DNA of 63,426 nt, the filler included, from Octopus bimaculoides (taxonomy: Eukaryota): assembly GCF_001194135.2 (NCBI RefSeq). It is 5 parts of 5 records of this genome, joined end to end, with 100 filler letters (N's around TTAATTAATTAA, not from the genome) between each part and the next. Parts side by side here need not be neighbours in the genome. Positions count along the whole stretch, not along the records: positions 1 to 31,559 come from NC_069000.1; positions 31,660 to 40,148 come from NC_069003.1; 3 more parts are not named here. The stretch is one strand, 5' to 3'. The first letter of the stretch is position 1, and each line of letters starts with the position of its first letter. The notes below the pieces were generated by a model. The model made no database searches. It was not told the DNA's origin and worked only from the letters and a program-made list of their open reading frames with translations. This document shows positions 25,630 through 37,528 of the stretch, in pieces. The position numbers and the translations under genes were made by a program.

Positions 25630-27510
25630 ACTTACTTATTTACAATCTTTAAACACATATTTACTCCTATGAACACAGAAAGAAACCTCTTTCAGATTTT
25701 GAATTTAACAGCTTTCTTCTAGAAAATAAAATCAAAAATAATTCCTCAGAACAAAGAGAACAGAACATATTACCAATCTTATAAGCCGGAGCCGTTCCTA
25801 AAATGTTCCATTCAATAAAGGACGTTTTTATTTATTATCTTTAAGATTCCAGATGAAATTACTAAGACTAGTAGAAGAAACCGTATTTTTGTTCCTAAAG
25901 GAATGATAATGATTCGAAACCCTTTTCTTAATATATTAGCAGAAGAACCTATATAAAAGTAATCATTGCTCTCAGAAATAACTTTAGCTTGATAAACTAC
26001 TTCTCTACATTTAAAAAAATTTCCAAATAACAATTTTCTTTGTTTCTGTGATCATAAAGGGAATTTCCACCCCTCTTTGAGCCGTCAACAACTGAATTAT
26101 TATCAAGCAAAACGCTATCCTCCTCATTATTATTAAAACTTATATTAGAATCAAAACCATCACTACCACCCTGGCTATTGGAAAAATCAATAACAGTGGC
26201 ACCCATGGAATTTATCATGCTAACATTAACTGAGCTATTACGAAGATAAAAACCAGATAATTTCTTTTCATTAACAGAAGAAATAATCAGAGATAAATTC
26301 CAAGGAACCGTAAAAGCAACCTTAATGGATCTCGGATTCAAAATCTCATAGTATCTACTTTTTTTTTATTGAAATGTTTCAAAATCAATTTATAAACAGC
26401 CCCAACTAAGTTACTTTTTAATTGACCGGCATATACCATATAATGTAATTCTTGCCCAAAACTAAATTAGAATGACCTAAATTATTAACATTAGAGACCA
26501 ACTTAGAATTATGACCTTTTATATTTATGATCATTAGTAACTGGAGTTAAAGAATTATTCTCTCTGTTCTTATGTGCACTTCCAGCTTCATATTTACTCT
26601 TCCGTTTAGATTTGGAATATTTAAAATCCAATCCATAATCATTACTAGTAAGTTTCAATCTATCAGTATAATCAGAGCTAGAAATATCAAGGTATTCAAT
26701 TTTCCTGTTGTAACCAGCCTTATTAAGGGCTATATTATAGTAATCAGTATTCTTAACAAAAACTTTCTTACAAGAAGATAAGGCAGAAATTCTAGAAATA
26801 TTGTAGATTAGAAATTTTTTAACACAGCCTGGATGATTACTTTCTGAATTAATATATTTCAGACTAGAGTTAGGCTTATGATAAGGTTCTTAAATACCTG
26901 TAATCAAATTAAAGTTAACATCGAGGAAGTTAACAGATTCATTTCCATTTACTATGGTGATAGATAAACCAAAACTAACTTTAAAGAACCAGTGAAGCTT
27001 CTTTCTATATAGATCCAATTTCCTATTAGAAACATTCCTAACGGTGAACAAAGAATCATCTCGGCCTAAATCCCCAGCAAACTCCGGAAATTCACTCCCT
27101 AACTTAAACAGAATATAAATAACTACTATATCCGAAACCTGTGCAGAATCCGCCGCTCCCATAGGAATATCAAAACCGTCATAACTATCTTTTCTAACCC
27201 AAAACTTATTCTCAAATTCAATGACAGATCTTCTAGCTGCTAAAATGATATTAATTTAATTCATACTTAAGTCAGAATTACTCTTAGCAAATATTAGGCC
27301 CTTATTTAAAACTGCTTCATTAATCGAAGAATAATAACAATTAATATCTATCTGAGCAAACCTATTCATACCCTTATTCTCATTTTTTTATACCAATCAA
27401 TAACCTCATAAGAGTTAGACCAAAGACGCAACTTAATTTTATCCTTGAGAATTGGAATATACTTATCTAAAATGGCCTTACTAAGTCTCCCCAAATCAGA
27501 CCGTCATTTA
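25630..27510 (-). mobile_element. Penelope-like element (RT plus C-terminal GIY-YIG endonuclease), 5'-truncated pseudo-ORF, Naiad-like by motif
   Basis: RT: QIDINCYYSSI, FDIPMGAADSAQVSDIV, GRDDSL, NFLDVNFNL, PYHKPN…YINSESNHP. Linker: IIWY…KHF…ILNPRSIKVAF. EN: VVYQAKV…YIGSS…RVSNHYHSFR…LSNFIWNLK…CSLC…CVH. TAA stops and frameshifts present. Confidence 0.9.
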
Positions 27511-27611
27511 AAGATGTTTTTGTTAAATGCTGTTACTGGTCTTGTTGAATGAAATTTGATGAAAAAAAGCCGCAATAATTATGGACGAGCTAATAAGTGT
27601 GTGTGTGTGTA

Positions 27612-27657
<46 letters not shown>

Positions 27658-28017
27658 TATATAGATATATATATGTATATGTTAATGCAATTGGAACACT
27701 TGTTGGATATTTACGGTTTGATGTAAAATGAAGATATGATTTTCTTCATACATTTCATTGNNNNNNNNNNNNNNNNNNNNNNNNNNNNNNNNNNNNNNNN
27801 NNNNNNNNNNNNNNNNNNNNNNNNNNNNNNNNNNNNNNNNNNNNNNNNNNNNNNNNNNNNNNNNNNNNNNNNNNNNNNNNNNNNNNNNNNNNNNNNNNNN
27901 NNNNNNNNNNNNNNNNNNNNNNNNNNNNNNNNNNNNNNNNNNNNNNNNNNNNNNNNNNNNNNNNNNNNNNNNNNNNNNNTATATGTGTATGTATGTACAT
28001 ATGTATGTATATACATG

Positions 28018-28094
<77 letters not shown>

Positions 28095-28210
28095 CATTAT
28101 ATCGGGACAATTATATCAGTCACTTACAACCATTTTTTTTTTTTTTACCTATGGACTCCTTTGATTCATATTTTGCTATTTATTTGTTTACTTATTTATT
28201 TATTTACTAT

Positions 28211-28557
28211 TTATTACCTCCGCCTTCGCTAAGGCGGAGATATTGTTTTTAGTCGACTTTGTATGTTTGTTTGTCTGTCCGTGGACATGATATCTCAAGA
28301 ACCGCTGGGTGGATTCGGATGAAACTTTCAGTGATGTTTGGCCCGTGACTGGCAGGAACTGATTAGATGTTGCGATCGATCGGGGGTACCGGACAAGGAT
28401 TCTGGATTATTTTTCCCGTTTTTTTTTTTTACTTAATTTTTGAGCGGTCGGGCTCATTTTTAGCAGTTAAGTTTATTTAAAAACCATCTCTGGCTAATCG
28501 TTGAGAGGACACTGGTGTTGCTTTGGCGGAGGTTTGCGCTCTCTGAGTGCTCTTGTT
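28211..28557 (+). mobile_element. HINE (DINE-1-like non-autonomous Helentron)
   Basis: 5' TTATTACCTCCGCC with adjacent inverted GGCGGAG, short gtttgtttgtctgtccgt microsatellite, 3' subTIR GGCGGAGGT followed by hairpin GCGCTC-TCT-GAGTGC and TT end. Confidence 0.85.
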
Positions 28558-28755
28558 AACAATTTGATTCCTATTTTACTGTTTAAACACTCATTGCTAT
28601 TCAGTGTTTAAAATATTCGATTATAGTTTTCATAATTAAATATTATTAGCAATTGTATAAAAAGACGTTTTTTGTAGAAGTAAAACCAATTTCTTGCGCA
28701 TGAATTTTAACAACAACATCTTATACGGATCTGTAAGGGTTATATGAACCCTAGT

Positions 28756-29140
28756 GGAGGTGCAATGGCCCAGTGGTTAGGGCAGCGGACTCGCGGTCAT
28801 AGGATCGCGGTTTCGATTACCAGACCGGGCGTTGTGAGTGTTTATTGAGCGAAAACACCTAAAGCTCCACAAGGCTCTGACAGGGGATGGTGGCGAACCC
28901 TGCTGTACTCTTCCACTACAACTTTCTCTCACTCTTACTTCCTGTTTCTGTTGTACCTGTAATTCAAAGGGTCAGCCTTGTCACACTGTGTCACGCTGGA
29001 TATCCCCGAGAACTACGTTAAGGGTACACGTGTGTGTGGAGTGCTCAGCCGCATGCACGTTAATTTCACGAGCAAGCTGTTCCGTTGATCGGATCAACTG
29101 GAACCCTCGACGACGTAAGCGACGGAGTGCCAACAACAAC
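28756..29140 (+). mobile_element. SINE family C, full length with 14-bp TSD
   Basis: tRNA-like head ggaggtgcaatggcccagtggttagg, (CAA)n tail, TSD ATATGAACCCTAGT at 28742-28755 and 29141-29154. Confidence 0.92.
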
Positions 29141-29409
29141 ATATGAACCCTAGTTGAGAATCACTGAATTATGTAGTGAAAGAGTCTTTTTAGCTATTCA
29201 AGACCATACACAAACCATTATCTTCCACCTTGTTTATTATTTAATATTCCCATGTAATTTAAAATTCCACGAAATTTCGTTGCACTTTTGTGAACAAGTC
29301 ACTTGCTCCCAAAAGTGCAACGAAATTAACTTGACTAATTTAGTCACTTAACTAAATCTGAATTGTCCCAATGAATAATACATTCAATCTTCCCCAGGCG
29401 TGGCTTTAT

Positions 29410-29832
29410 AGACACAGTCGTGGCTGTTTAGTCAAGAAGCTTGCGTCCCAGCTATGTGGTCATGAGTTCAGTCCCACTGTGTGGCACCTTGGGCAAATAT
29501 CTTCTATTATAGCCCCGGGCCTACCAAAGCCTTATGGATGGATTCGGTTGACGGAAACTGTGTGGAAGTCCGTCATATACATATGTGTGTGCATGTGTGT
29601 GTATCTGTGTATGTAAGTGTATGTGTGTGTGTATCTGTGTATGTAAGTGTATGTGTGTCGTTGTGTTAGTGTTACGTTTGTCTCCTACCACCGCTTAGTT
29701 TTGGTTTGTAAACGTCCCTGTAGCTTTACTGTTCGATAAAAGAGACAAACTTAAAAAAATAAGTTCAGAGATCGATTTGTTCAACTAAACACTTCAAGGC
29801 AGCGCACCATGGCCGGAGTCCAGTAACTGAAA
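29410..29832 (+). mobile_element. SINE family A, degenerate full length
   Basis: gtggctgtttagtcaagaagcttg…gttcagtcccactgtgtggcaccttgggcaaatatc…ccatggccggagtccagtaactgaaac. Confidence 0.8.
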
Positions 29833-29835
29833 CGC

Positions 29836-31105
29836 CGAAATTTTGGCACAAGTCCAGCAATCTCGGGTGAGGTGGGTAAGTCGATTACATGGACCCCAGT
29901 ACGCAACTGGTACTTATTTTATGGACACCGAAAGGATGAAAGGTAAAGACGATCTCTGCTGAATTTGATCTCAGACTGTAACGATAGATGAAATCCCACA
30001 AAGTATTTTGCCCGACGTGCTAACGATTCTGCCAGCTCGCCGCCCTACACACACCAAAAATATCCTTTTCTACTCTATGCACAAGGCCCGAAATTTTTGG
30101 GGAGGGATCCAGTCGATTAGATCGACCTCAGTATGTAACTGATACTTAATTTATCGACCCCGAATGGGTGAAAGGCAAAGTCGACCACGCCGGAATTTGA
30201 ACTCAGAACGTAGAGACAGACGAAATATCGCTAAGCATTTTGCCCGGCGTGCTAACGATTCTGCCAGCTCAGTGATGTCAAGTTGGAATACATCTCTCTG
30301 ATCAAAGACAATTTTCAGGCCTGTATCTGATCAGTCAACGCCTTCTAAACTCTATGGCCATATCATAAACTTATATTCTACTTCAGTGTGGAGGCGCAAT
30401 GGCCCAGTGGTTAGGGTCACAGGATCGCGATTTCGATTCCCAAACCGGGCGTTGTGAGTGTTTATTGAGCGAAAACACCTAAAGCTCCACGAGGCTCCGG
30501 CAGGGGATGGTAGCGAACCTTGCTGTACTCTTTCACCACAACTTTCTCTCACTCTTNNNNNNNNNNNNNNNNNNNNNNNNNNNNNNNNNNNNNNNNNNNN
30601 NNNNNNNNNNNNNNNNNNNNNNNNNNNNNNNNNNNNNNNNNNNNNNNNNNNNNNNNNNNNNNNNNNNNNNNNNNNNNNNNNNNNNNNNNNNNNNNNNNNN
30701 NNNNNNNNNNNNNNNNNNNNNNNNNNNNNNNNNNNNNNNNNNNNNNNNNNNNNNNNNNNNNNNNNNNNNNNNNNNNNNNNNNNNNNNNNNNNNNNNNNNN
30801 NNNNNCCAACAACTTCAGTATTTAAATTGGATTTTAATAGTTTCATATTTTGGCACAAGGCCAGTAATTTTAAGGGAGTGGTAAGGACGTTTTCCGACGC
30901 GCAAACGATTCTGCCCGCTCAACTGCCTTACTGCTTCAGATTTTAGCACAAAGCCAGCAATTCTTAGGGAGAAGCATAGTCAATCATATCGACCCCCGGA
31001 ACTTCATTGGCGCCTTATTTTATCGACCCCGAAGTGAGGAAAGGCATCGTTGACCTCGGTGGGATTAGAACTCAGACGCGTTAACGATTCTGTCGGTTCG
31101 CCGCA
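29836..31105 (-). mobile_element. Cluster of four same-orientation SINE family B copies (about 29836-30045, 30068-30270, 30850-30925, 30945-31105)
   Basis: Repeated gcacaagg/…tcgaccccga…/aacgattctgccagctcgcc motifs. Confidence 0.8.
30389..30556 (+). mobile_element. SINE family C, 5' part running into gap
   Basis: ggaggcgcaatggcccagtggttagggtcacaggatcgcg…ttattgagcgaaaacacctaaagctccac. Confidence 0.88.
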
Positions 31106-31498
31106 TTCAGACCAAAAGATAACAATACAAAAAAGAAAAGCAAAATACTTGTAAAAACAAAAACATTTCCAGAAATCCTAGAAGGTAGTCTCCCTATCTA
31201 TCTATCTATTTCAACAATCGCAAGATGAAGTCCATCTTCTGGCTAATTAATTCTAGTTGCTGTGAAGTTTTTCCCAGTTAGGTTTTGACTTAAAACGTTT
31301 TAATAGACACGAGATAACAGTTACCGCCACCGTTTCATTGTCTCTTAATATGTTCTTTTTCTTTCAACACGCTTTAATCAGACTTCATCATCCCTCCGTC
31401 TGCCTCTTGTTGTTGTTGTTGTTGTTGCTGTTGTTGTTGTTGTTGTTGTTGTTGTTCTTCTTCTTCTTCTTCTTCTTCTTCTTCTTCTTCTTCTTCTT

Positions 31499-31529
<31 letters not shown>

Positions 31530-31559
31530 TAATTATTATCACAGACTTCATGTCTATCC

Positions 31560-31659
31560 NNNNNNNNNNNNNNNNNNNNNNNNNNNNNNNNNNNNNNNNN
31601 NNNTTAATTAATTAANNNNNNNNNNNNNNNNNNNNNNNNNNNNNNNNNNNNNNNNNNNN
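31560..31659. other. Assembly spacer N44-TTAATTAATTAA-N44 (artefact)
   Basis: The identical 12-mer sits inside N runs at 31604-31615, 40193-40204, 54111-54122 and 62268-62279. It places stop codons in all six frames. Confidence 0.95.
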
Positions 31660-31725
<66 letters not shown>

Positions 31726-32945
31726 TATGTTGATAGGGTTATAATCCAATCCGTGTCCTCATGAAGCACATCTGCATATTCCAGTACCCCAAAGTATATT
31801 TGTACATATACTTTGTATATTGTATATAAGAGTTGAAAACACTGGAAAATACTTTTCCCAAAGTAATTACATTGGAAAACAGAAGACTGGAAAGATTCGT
31901 TTTTTTTGTTTTTTTTTTCTGTATTCTTCATTATGTGTTTCATTTTGTAATAGGAATTACAGAGGTAATAGAAAACATGTAAAACTTCTATTAGTAATTC
32001 TTCTGATAGAGAATGAAACTAATTCAAAATTACATTGATGGAGCTATATTATATAGTCTCAAATATTAATCAGTAGTCATACAGATATTTAGAGAGGAAT
32101 AGAAAAAAAAAATAAACAGAATATTAATAGAATGATTCAGAGATAGATGTAGTACGCATACACGAATTATATGTATATCGTATGAAGATCGCAGTAGCGT
32201 GAAATTCCAGTCACGAGAAAAACCCTCAGTTTCAGTTTCAATAAAATAAACTATATCTTCTACAATATGTATTAAGTATGTATGTATGTATGTATGTATG
32301 TATGTATGTATGTATGTATGTATGTATGTATGTATGCATTTATGTATTTATGAATGTATGTATGTGTGCATGAATGTATGTATGTATGTATGTACACAAA
32401 CACACACAATATTATCATACAATGCTGACTGCAACGGGTAAACATTCATGCAATTTCATTCATATAATCCAAGCAATAACCTTTTGGGAGATTATGCAAC
32501 AAGTATATTACTTCTCGAAAGATCGATGGTTGCTTCAATTTACTACATGTTTCTAGCTGAAAGTTCTCGACAATACTCGCGTAATTAAGTTTAGTATTAC
32601 ACATTGAGAACAAAACCAACCACGAATTATGTGAGCACTAAGCGCGGTATAGCTCAGTAAGAAATACAGTTTTTGTGTTTGTTTAAATGCTGGCTGCAAG
32701 GAGTGGATATTTGTTTCGTTTCTTTTAAAAATTTTCAAGCAGTAATCTTGAATAAGCTTTGTGCAAAAGTCATTAGTTTACTTTAAAATTCTATATGCTT
32801 TTGGTTCAAAAATATACTCGAGAATACGATTGTAATTTAGTTTAATTTTGCTTTGTTGAGAACAAAGGAGACTATGACAGAGTACAACCGTTGTGGTATT
32901 TTATTAAATCCATTAATTACGCAGAATTGCATCGAATTCTTTACG

Positions 32946-33193
32946 CACGTGGGGGTGCTGAAATGTTCCTGGCTTTGAATAAAAAAAAATACAGGAAGAT
33001 CAGTTAATTATGATTTTATTCAACATATTCTCCTCTCAGGTTCACACGCATATTGCAGCGGTACTTCAGTTTTTCTAAACCTCGTAAAAGAACTCGGAAG
33101 GTTGGACCTCCAATCAGGCCTTTCGTGACACTGTGGGGTGGAGACAAACACACACACACACACATGCACTGGAACTTTTCAATACCCCTCGTA
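32946..33193 (+). mobile_element. Mariner-derived MITE
   Basis: Left end cacgtgggggtgctgaaatgttcc and right end ggaacttttcaatacccctcgta are imperfect inverted repeats of the tacgagggg… mariner type. Confidence 0.7.
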
Positions 33194-33234
33194 GTTCGTG
33201 ATCTGCTCTGCTTTTTTCTCAACGAGGAATGCTA

Positions 33235-33264
<30 letters not shown>

Positions 33265-33266
<2 letters not shown>

Positions 33267-33830
33267 ATTTTGTTGCTAAAACAATTTACAATGCCATTCA
33301 CAAAAAAGACTGTCCTGAAATAAACTCTGTTGTGGAATGCATTCATAAACACCAACTCAAGGAATACTGGTGGGATATTCCCATCAAAACTTCTGTCAAA
33401 TGTAAACATAACAGGTCGGATATTGTTGTTTGGGACAGAGGGGCAAAGGTATGTACCATCATAGAGGTCAACTGCTCTGCAGATATAAATATCTCTTTGA
33501 AAATTAAAGAAAAAGAGGCTATCTATGGACAACTGCTTCGAAACCTCCAGCTTCTATATCCAGACTATGAATTCATATTCATACCAATAATAATTGGAGC
33601 TCTGGGTTTTGTTAGTAAATGCTTAAAGGAGAATCTGGATAAACTGAGATTTTCAGAACGAGAAACTGACCGGCTGATTCGTACATTACAAGTGCAATCT
33701 GTGAGTGGAACAGTAAAAATATGCAAGACTTTTCTCAAGTTCCAAATGTGAATTTGTCTGTGTTAACTACATCCCAAAGATGGAGCCTCGCATCTTTGTT
33801 GGAAACCGGCTCCCTCCTCAATGGAAGATT
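33265..33830 (+). mobile_element. 3' end of an RLE-type non-LTR retrotransposon (R4/NeSL-like), open endonuclease frame
   Basis: YWWDIPIKTSVKCKHNRSDIVVWD…IIEVNCSADIN…KEKEAIYGQL…IPIIIGALG…VKICKTF is a PD-(D/E)xK restriction-like endonuclease. Frame open to the stop at 33751. Confidence 0.88.
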
Positions 33831-33862
33831 TATGATAATTAAAAAATAGAAGATACATAGAA

Positions 33863-34210
33863 GGCGCAGGCGTGGCTGTGTGATAAGTTTGCTTCCCAAC
33901 TATATGATTCCGGGCTCAGTCACACTGCGTAACACCTTGGGAATGTGTCTTCGACACTGAAAAGAGCCCAACGTGTGTGTGTGTGTGTCTATGTTTGTCT
34001 CCACCCACACCGCTTGGAAACCGTTGTTGGTGTGTATATGTTCCCATAACTTAGCGGTTCGGCAATAGTGGCCGATAGAATAAGTACCAGGCTTTAAAAA
34101 AGAATCTTCTAAAAAGTACTGAAGTCAATTCATTCGACTAAAAAGTTTTCAAGGTGGTGCCTCACCATGGCCGCAGTCTAACGACTGAAACAAGTAAAAA
34201 GTAAAAGATA
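33863..34210 (+). mobile_element. SINE family A
   Basis: ggcgcaggcgtggctgtgtgataag…ccatggccgcagtctaacgactgaaacaagtaaaa. Confidence 0.88.
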
Positions 34211-34253
34211 AAAGACATACATATACATTCATTCACACATACAGGCTTGCATG

Positions 34254-34284
<31 letters not shown>

Positions 34285-35291
34285 GGAGTATATAGATACA
34301 TATGTGATATGGACTTGTTGTTTCCAGCAATGTGGGGTGAGTGTTTCAGGAGACACATCTTCAACGATTAAACGAGGATAAAGAATAAAACGTTAAAAAG
34401 AATAATTGCAACTTTTGTGGCTATCAGATTTTATAGTTATCAAAACTATATATAACTTAGGGCATTAATAACAACCATGCAAAGATTTGTATTTCCTTTT
34501 TTTTTTTCATTCATATTTTTTTGAAGTTCACCAGAGAATATGGGCAACAGACTTTGTAGTTTTTAGAATATTGACAGAATGGAATGAGAGCATTTTTTTT
34601 TGTCTTTTGTTTTTCGTTTTTTAAAATATTGAAGATGTGTTATAATCAAACGATAAATTAATTTGCGAGATAAAAACTTCAGTTTAAAAAAAAAGTGGAA
34701 GTCAATAAACGTCTTTCTTAACAACGGCTGTCGGCTGTAATGACGAATTGTGGGGGAGGATTAAGTTTTGACAGAAAGAATACAAAAACAAAAGAAATAC
34801 AAAATGTATATGACTGAAAATTGTTAATTCACACCTGAAATTTCCTTCCACACACTTCTTCACATATCTTTAAGTAAATTAAATATGAAGCTCTGTTTAT
34901 TATCTGATGCTTCTTTAACCGTTACTTTTATTTAAAAAAATAAAAACGGATTGCTTATCTTAAATCCACTTTAAATGTTGTTAAGCTTATCACAGTGCAG
35001 TAACCTTGTTAGCAGCTCCTTCTACGGCTGATAAGACTCTTAACCATGATTTTTAAAAAAAACTTTTCTCTGCTAGAAGTGGAAGCGCCAAAATACGGAA
35101 CATTCAAAGTGTACGTATGTGTGATTGTATGTGTGACTAGGTGAGCCTTGATCGACCTGGTCGCTTGGTTTACTAGATATAGCAAACATACACCCCTTCA
35201 ATAATCATTCTTCTACCGTCTTAAAAGCGTCTTATAGAGAAAACAAAAGGGTGGGGAGAAAAGAAAAGGAAGATACACCGGTTAATCTCTT

Positions 35292-35480
35292 TATCTTTTA
35301 TCTTCTACTTGTTTCATTCCTTGGAAAGCAGTCATGCTGGGGCGGTGCTTTGAATGGTTTCGTCGAACCAATCGACCTCAATGCTAATTTTTAAAGCCTG
35401 GTGCCAATTCTATCGGAATTTGTTGCCGAATCTGTAAGTTACGGAGATGTAAACAAACCAGCAATGATTGTCAACGCAAA
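35292..35480 (-). mobile_element. SINE family A tail
   Basis: ttctacttgtttcattcc…catgctggggcggtgc…ttgccgaatctgtaagttacggagatgtaaac. Confidence 0.7.
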
Positions 35481-35734
35481 CACAGACTTTGCATAGAGCA
35501 ATATAATACATTCTTTTCAATATCGATCCCTCCTTCAATTACTCCGATGAAGTAAAATGAATCATTGATGATGCATGTTGTTATTGTTGCTCTTCTTTTT
35601 CTTCTACTTCTATCTTCGTTTTTTTTTAAAATCCCATATTATTCCTGATAGACCAGACCGATGACCAAAGATGTTCCAGCCATGACCAAGCCATTTTTTC
35701 CTTATACATTGGTTCCAAATCCAGCAAATTCGTG

Positions 35735-35856
35735 AGACCAGTTGAGCACTGGGGTCGATGTAACCCCGGTGGCATTTGAACTCAGAGCGTAAAGTCAGAA
35801 CAAATGCCGCAAAGTATCTTGTCCAGCGCGGTAGTTACTCTGCTAGTTCGCCACCT
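35735..35856 (-). mobile_element. SINE family B, partial
   Basis: gagcactggggtcgatgtaa…tttgaactcagagcgt…ctgctagttcgccacc. Confidence 0.7.
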
Positions 35857-35867
35857 TATTCTTTTCG

Positions 35868-35930
35868 GATCTGTTCAGTTTCGCTCACACAGAAATAATT
35901 TTAAAATCTGTGAGCGAAACTGAACAGATC
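35868..35930. other. 63-nt hairpin with 22-bp perfect stem
   Basis: GATCTGTTCAGTTTCGCTCACA / TGTGAGCGAAACTGAACAGATC around a 19-nt AT-rich loop. Confidence 0.85.
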
Positions 35931-36695
35931 TTGGCGAAGAGAAAGTGTTGCTTCTTAGTGATAGCTGACACAAAAGTAAGCTTTTATATATATCTTTTTA
36001 GAAAAAAAAAAGGCCAAAAGGTTTTGAGGCTGATTTGATCGCTAAGCATTTCACCCGATCGCTTACGAATTTGCAACCAATTCGCTTTACTTATTTGTCT
36101 TTAATGGAAATAGGTGATATTGTGCAAGCTTTAGTCATACACAATAAGAGACTAGCTACTAGCACATAATAAATCTCGAAAGGTGTCGAAATTGTAACGA
36201 TATTTGGTCGATAATTTATGAGGGGATTTGAGCATATTTGCGTCTATTTTGCATTTTTGTTCCTGAATGTTTTGTTGTCGTTCCTCTGTTCCACATTTGT
36301 TTATTATCATAAATCTCTTGTAATATTTTGTAATTTTCTATGACAAAAAAGTAACAACAAAAAAGCACAACATTAACAGTCGTGTTCTATTTATCGACGT
36401 TGTAATAACAACTGTTTGTATAAATATTGTGTTGAAACGGACTAAGACAAAAATAAATAGATAAAATAAACGAGTAAAGCAAAGGGTTTCCATAGACTTG
36501 GTCATTGCAAGAAACTAGAACGTCCCTCCCCCACAGAAAATATCATGGTTGCTAAGGAATGTGTTTATCGTTTTATTTGTAATTGGTACAAATAGAATGG
36601 TAATACAGTCACTTCAATAAGGACATTGACATATTATCTATAAGGATAGACAAAAACGGATTTCTGAAAATAGCAATAGAAAAGATCTCTGTATA

Positions 36696-36767
<72 letters not shown>

Positions 36768-36774
36768 AAGAAGA

Positions 36775-36864
36775 CTGATCCCTGGCTTACCATCCATGCA
36801 GGAAGTGCAAAAGATTGTCTTAACTGGTACGTCAAACGTACTGAGAAGAGCATTGTCGCTGTGA
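36775..36864 (+). mobile_element. C-terminal end of an R4/Dong-like LINE
   Basis: LIPGLPSMQEVQKIVLTGTSNVLRRALSL* matches the QKxxLxGTxxILRxxL terminus of R4/Dong proteins. Confidence 0.7.
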
Positions 36865-36999
36865 ATTTTCTTCCCTTTTCCCCACTTTATCTTATTTGTT
36901 TACCTTTTTATTTTTTCCGTTTTCTCCTTCTCTATTACATAACTTTGTAAATGAACAATTTGTGTGTTTATTTTAATGGCCTACCAATGTATACAATAC

Positions 37000-37477
37000 A
37001 CACACGCACATTCTCTCACACACACGCACCTTCGTTTTGGGATTACTACTACTTTGTTATCTCCCCTTCTTCTTAACTCTTCTGTCTGACCCTTCTGTCC
37101 GTCATTCGCCATGATAGATCGCTAACCACTACACACATTTTTGTTCTCTCCTTGTTTCTTTCTGTGTTCGTTTCTGTGGAAGAGCGTAGACTCGAAACGT
37201 TAAAGACTTTTTCAATTCCCGAGCGTTATACTAATACATCTGTTTGTTTTCTACACCACCTGTCTTCGTCTATTGTTTTTTGTGAATTCTCCCTATACAT
37301 ATCACACGCTCACGTAGTCGCACCAGTTGAACCTGTCTCCTCTCATCAGCCACCAACTTCTCCACTGGACTCTTTACCTTTCTACACTCTTTTGGACTTT
37401 ATTTTGGACTTTCTACGCTCCGGCTGCACCTCTCCTGCTTATGGATTACTCTGGACCTATCTGTTGATAAGAAATCG

Positions 37478-37480
<3 letters not shown>
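37000..37480 (+). repeat. Pyrimidine-rich terminal-repeat-like segment with degenerate hammerhead-like motif at 37174-37205
   Basis: CTGTGGA-A-GAG cgtaga CTC-GAAA-CG-TT. A6 is mutated and stem I is only 3 bp. Confidence 0.3.

Positions 37481-37528
<48 letters not shown>

Larger units (their letters stand above)
28117..29166 (+). mobile_element. hAT MITE carrying two nested insertions
   Basis: Ends cagtcacttacaacc and gttgagaatcactg. Flanking 8-mers AATTATAT (28109-28116) and AATTATGT (29167-29174) match at 7/8, consistent with a hAT TSD. Homologous to 1624-1860. Confidence 0.75.

Noticed and set aside
25630-27510. Selenocysteine recoding as reported for some Naiad elements
   Set aside because: The in-frame stops I found in the conserved frames are TAA, the conserved Cys positions are TGT/TGC, and I saw no SECIS-like hairpin.
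28756-28830. tRNA genes at SINE heads (also 33863 and 60200-60275)
   Set aside because: A/B boxes are present but continue directly into SINE bodies and no complete cloverleaf is evident.
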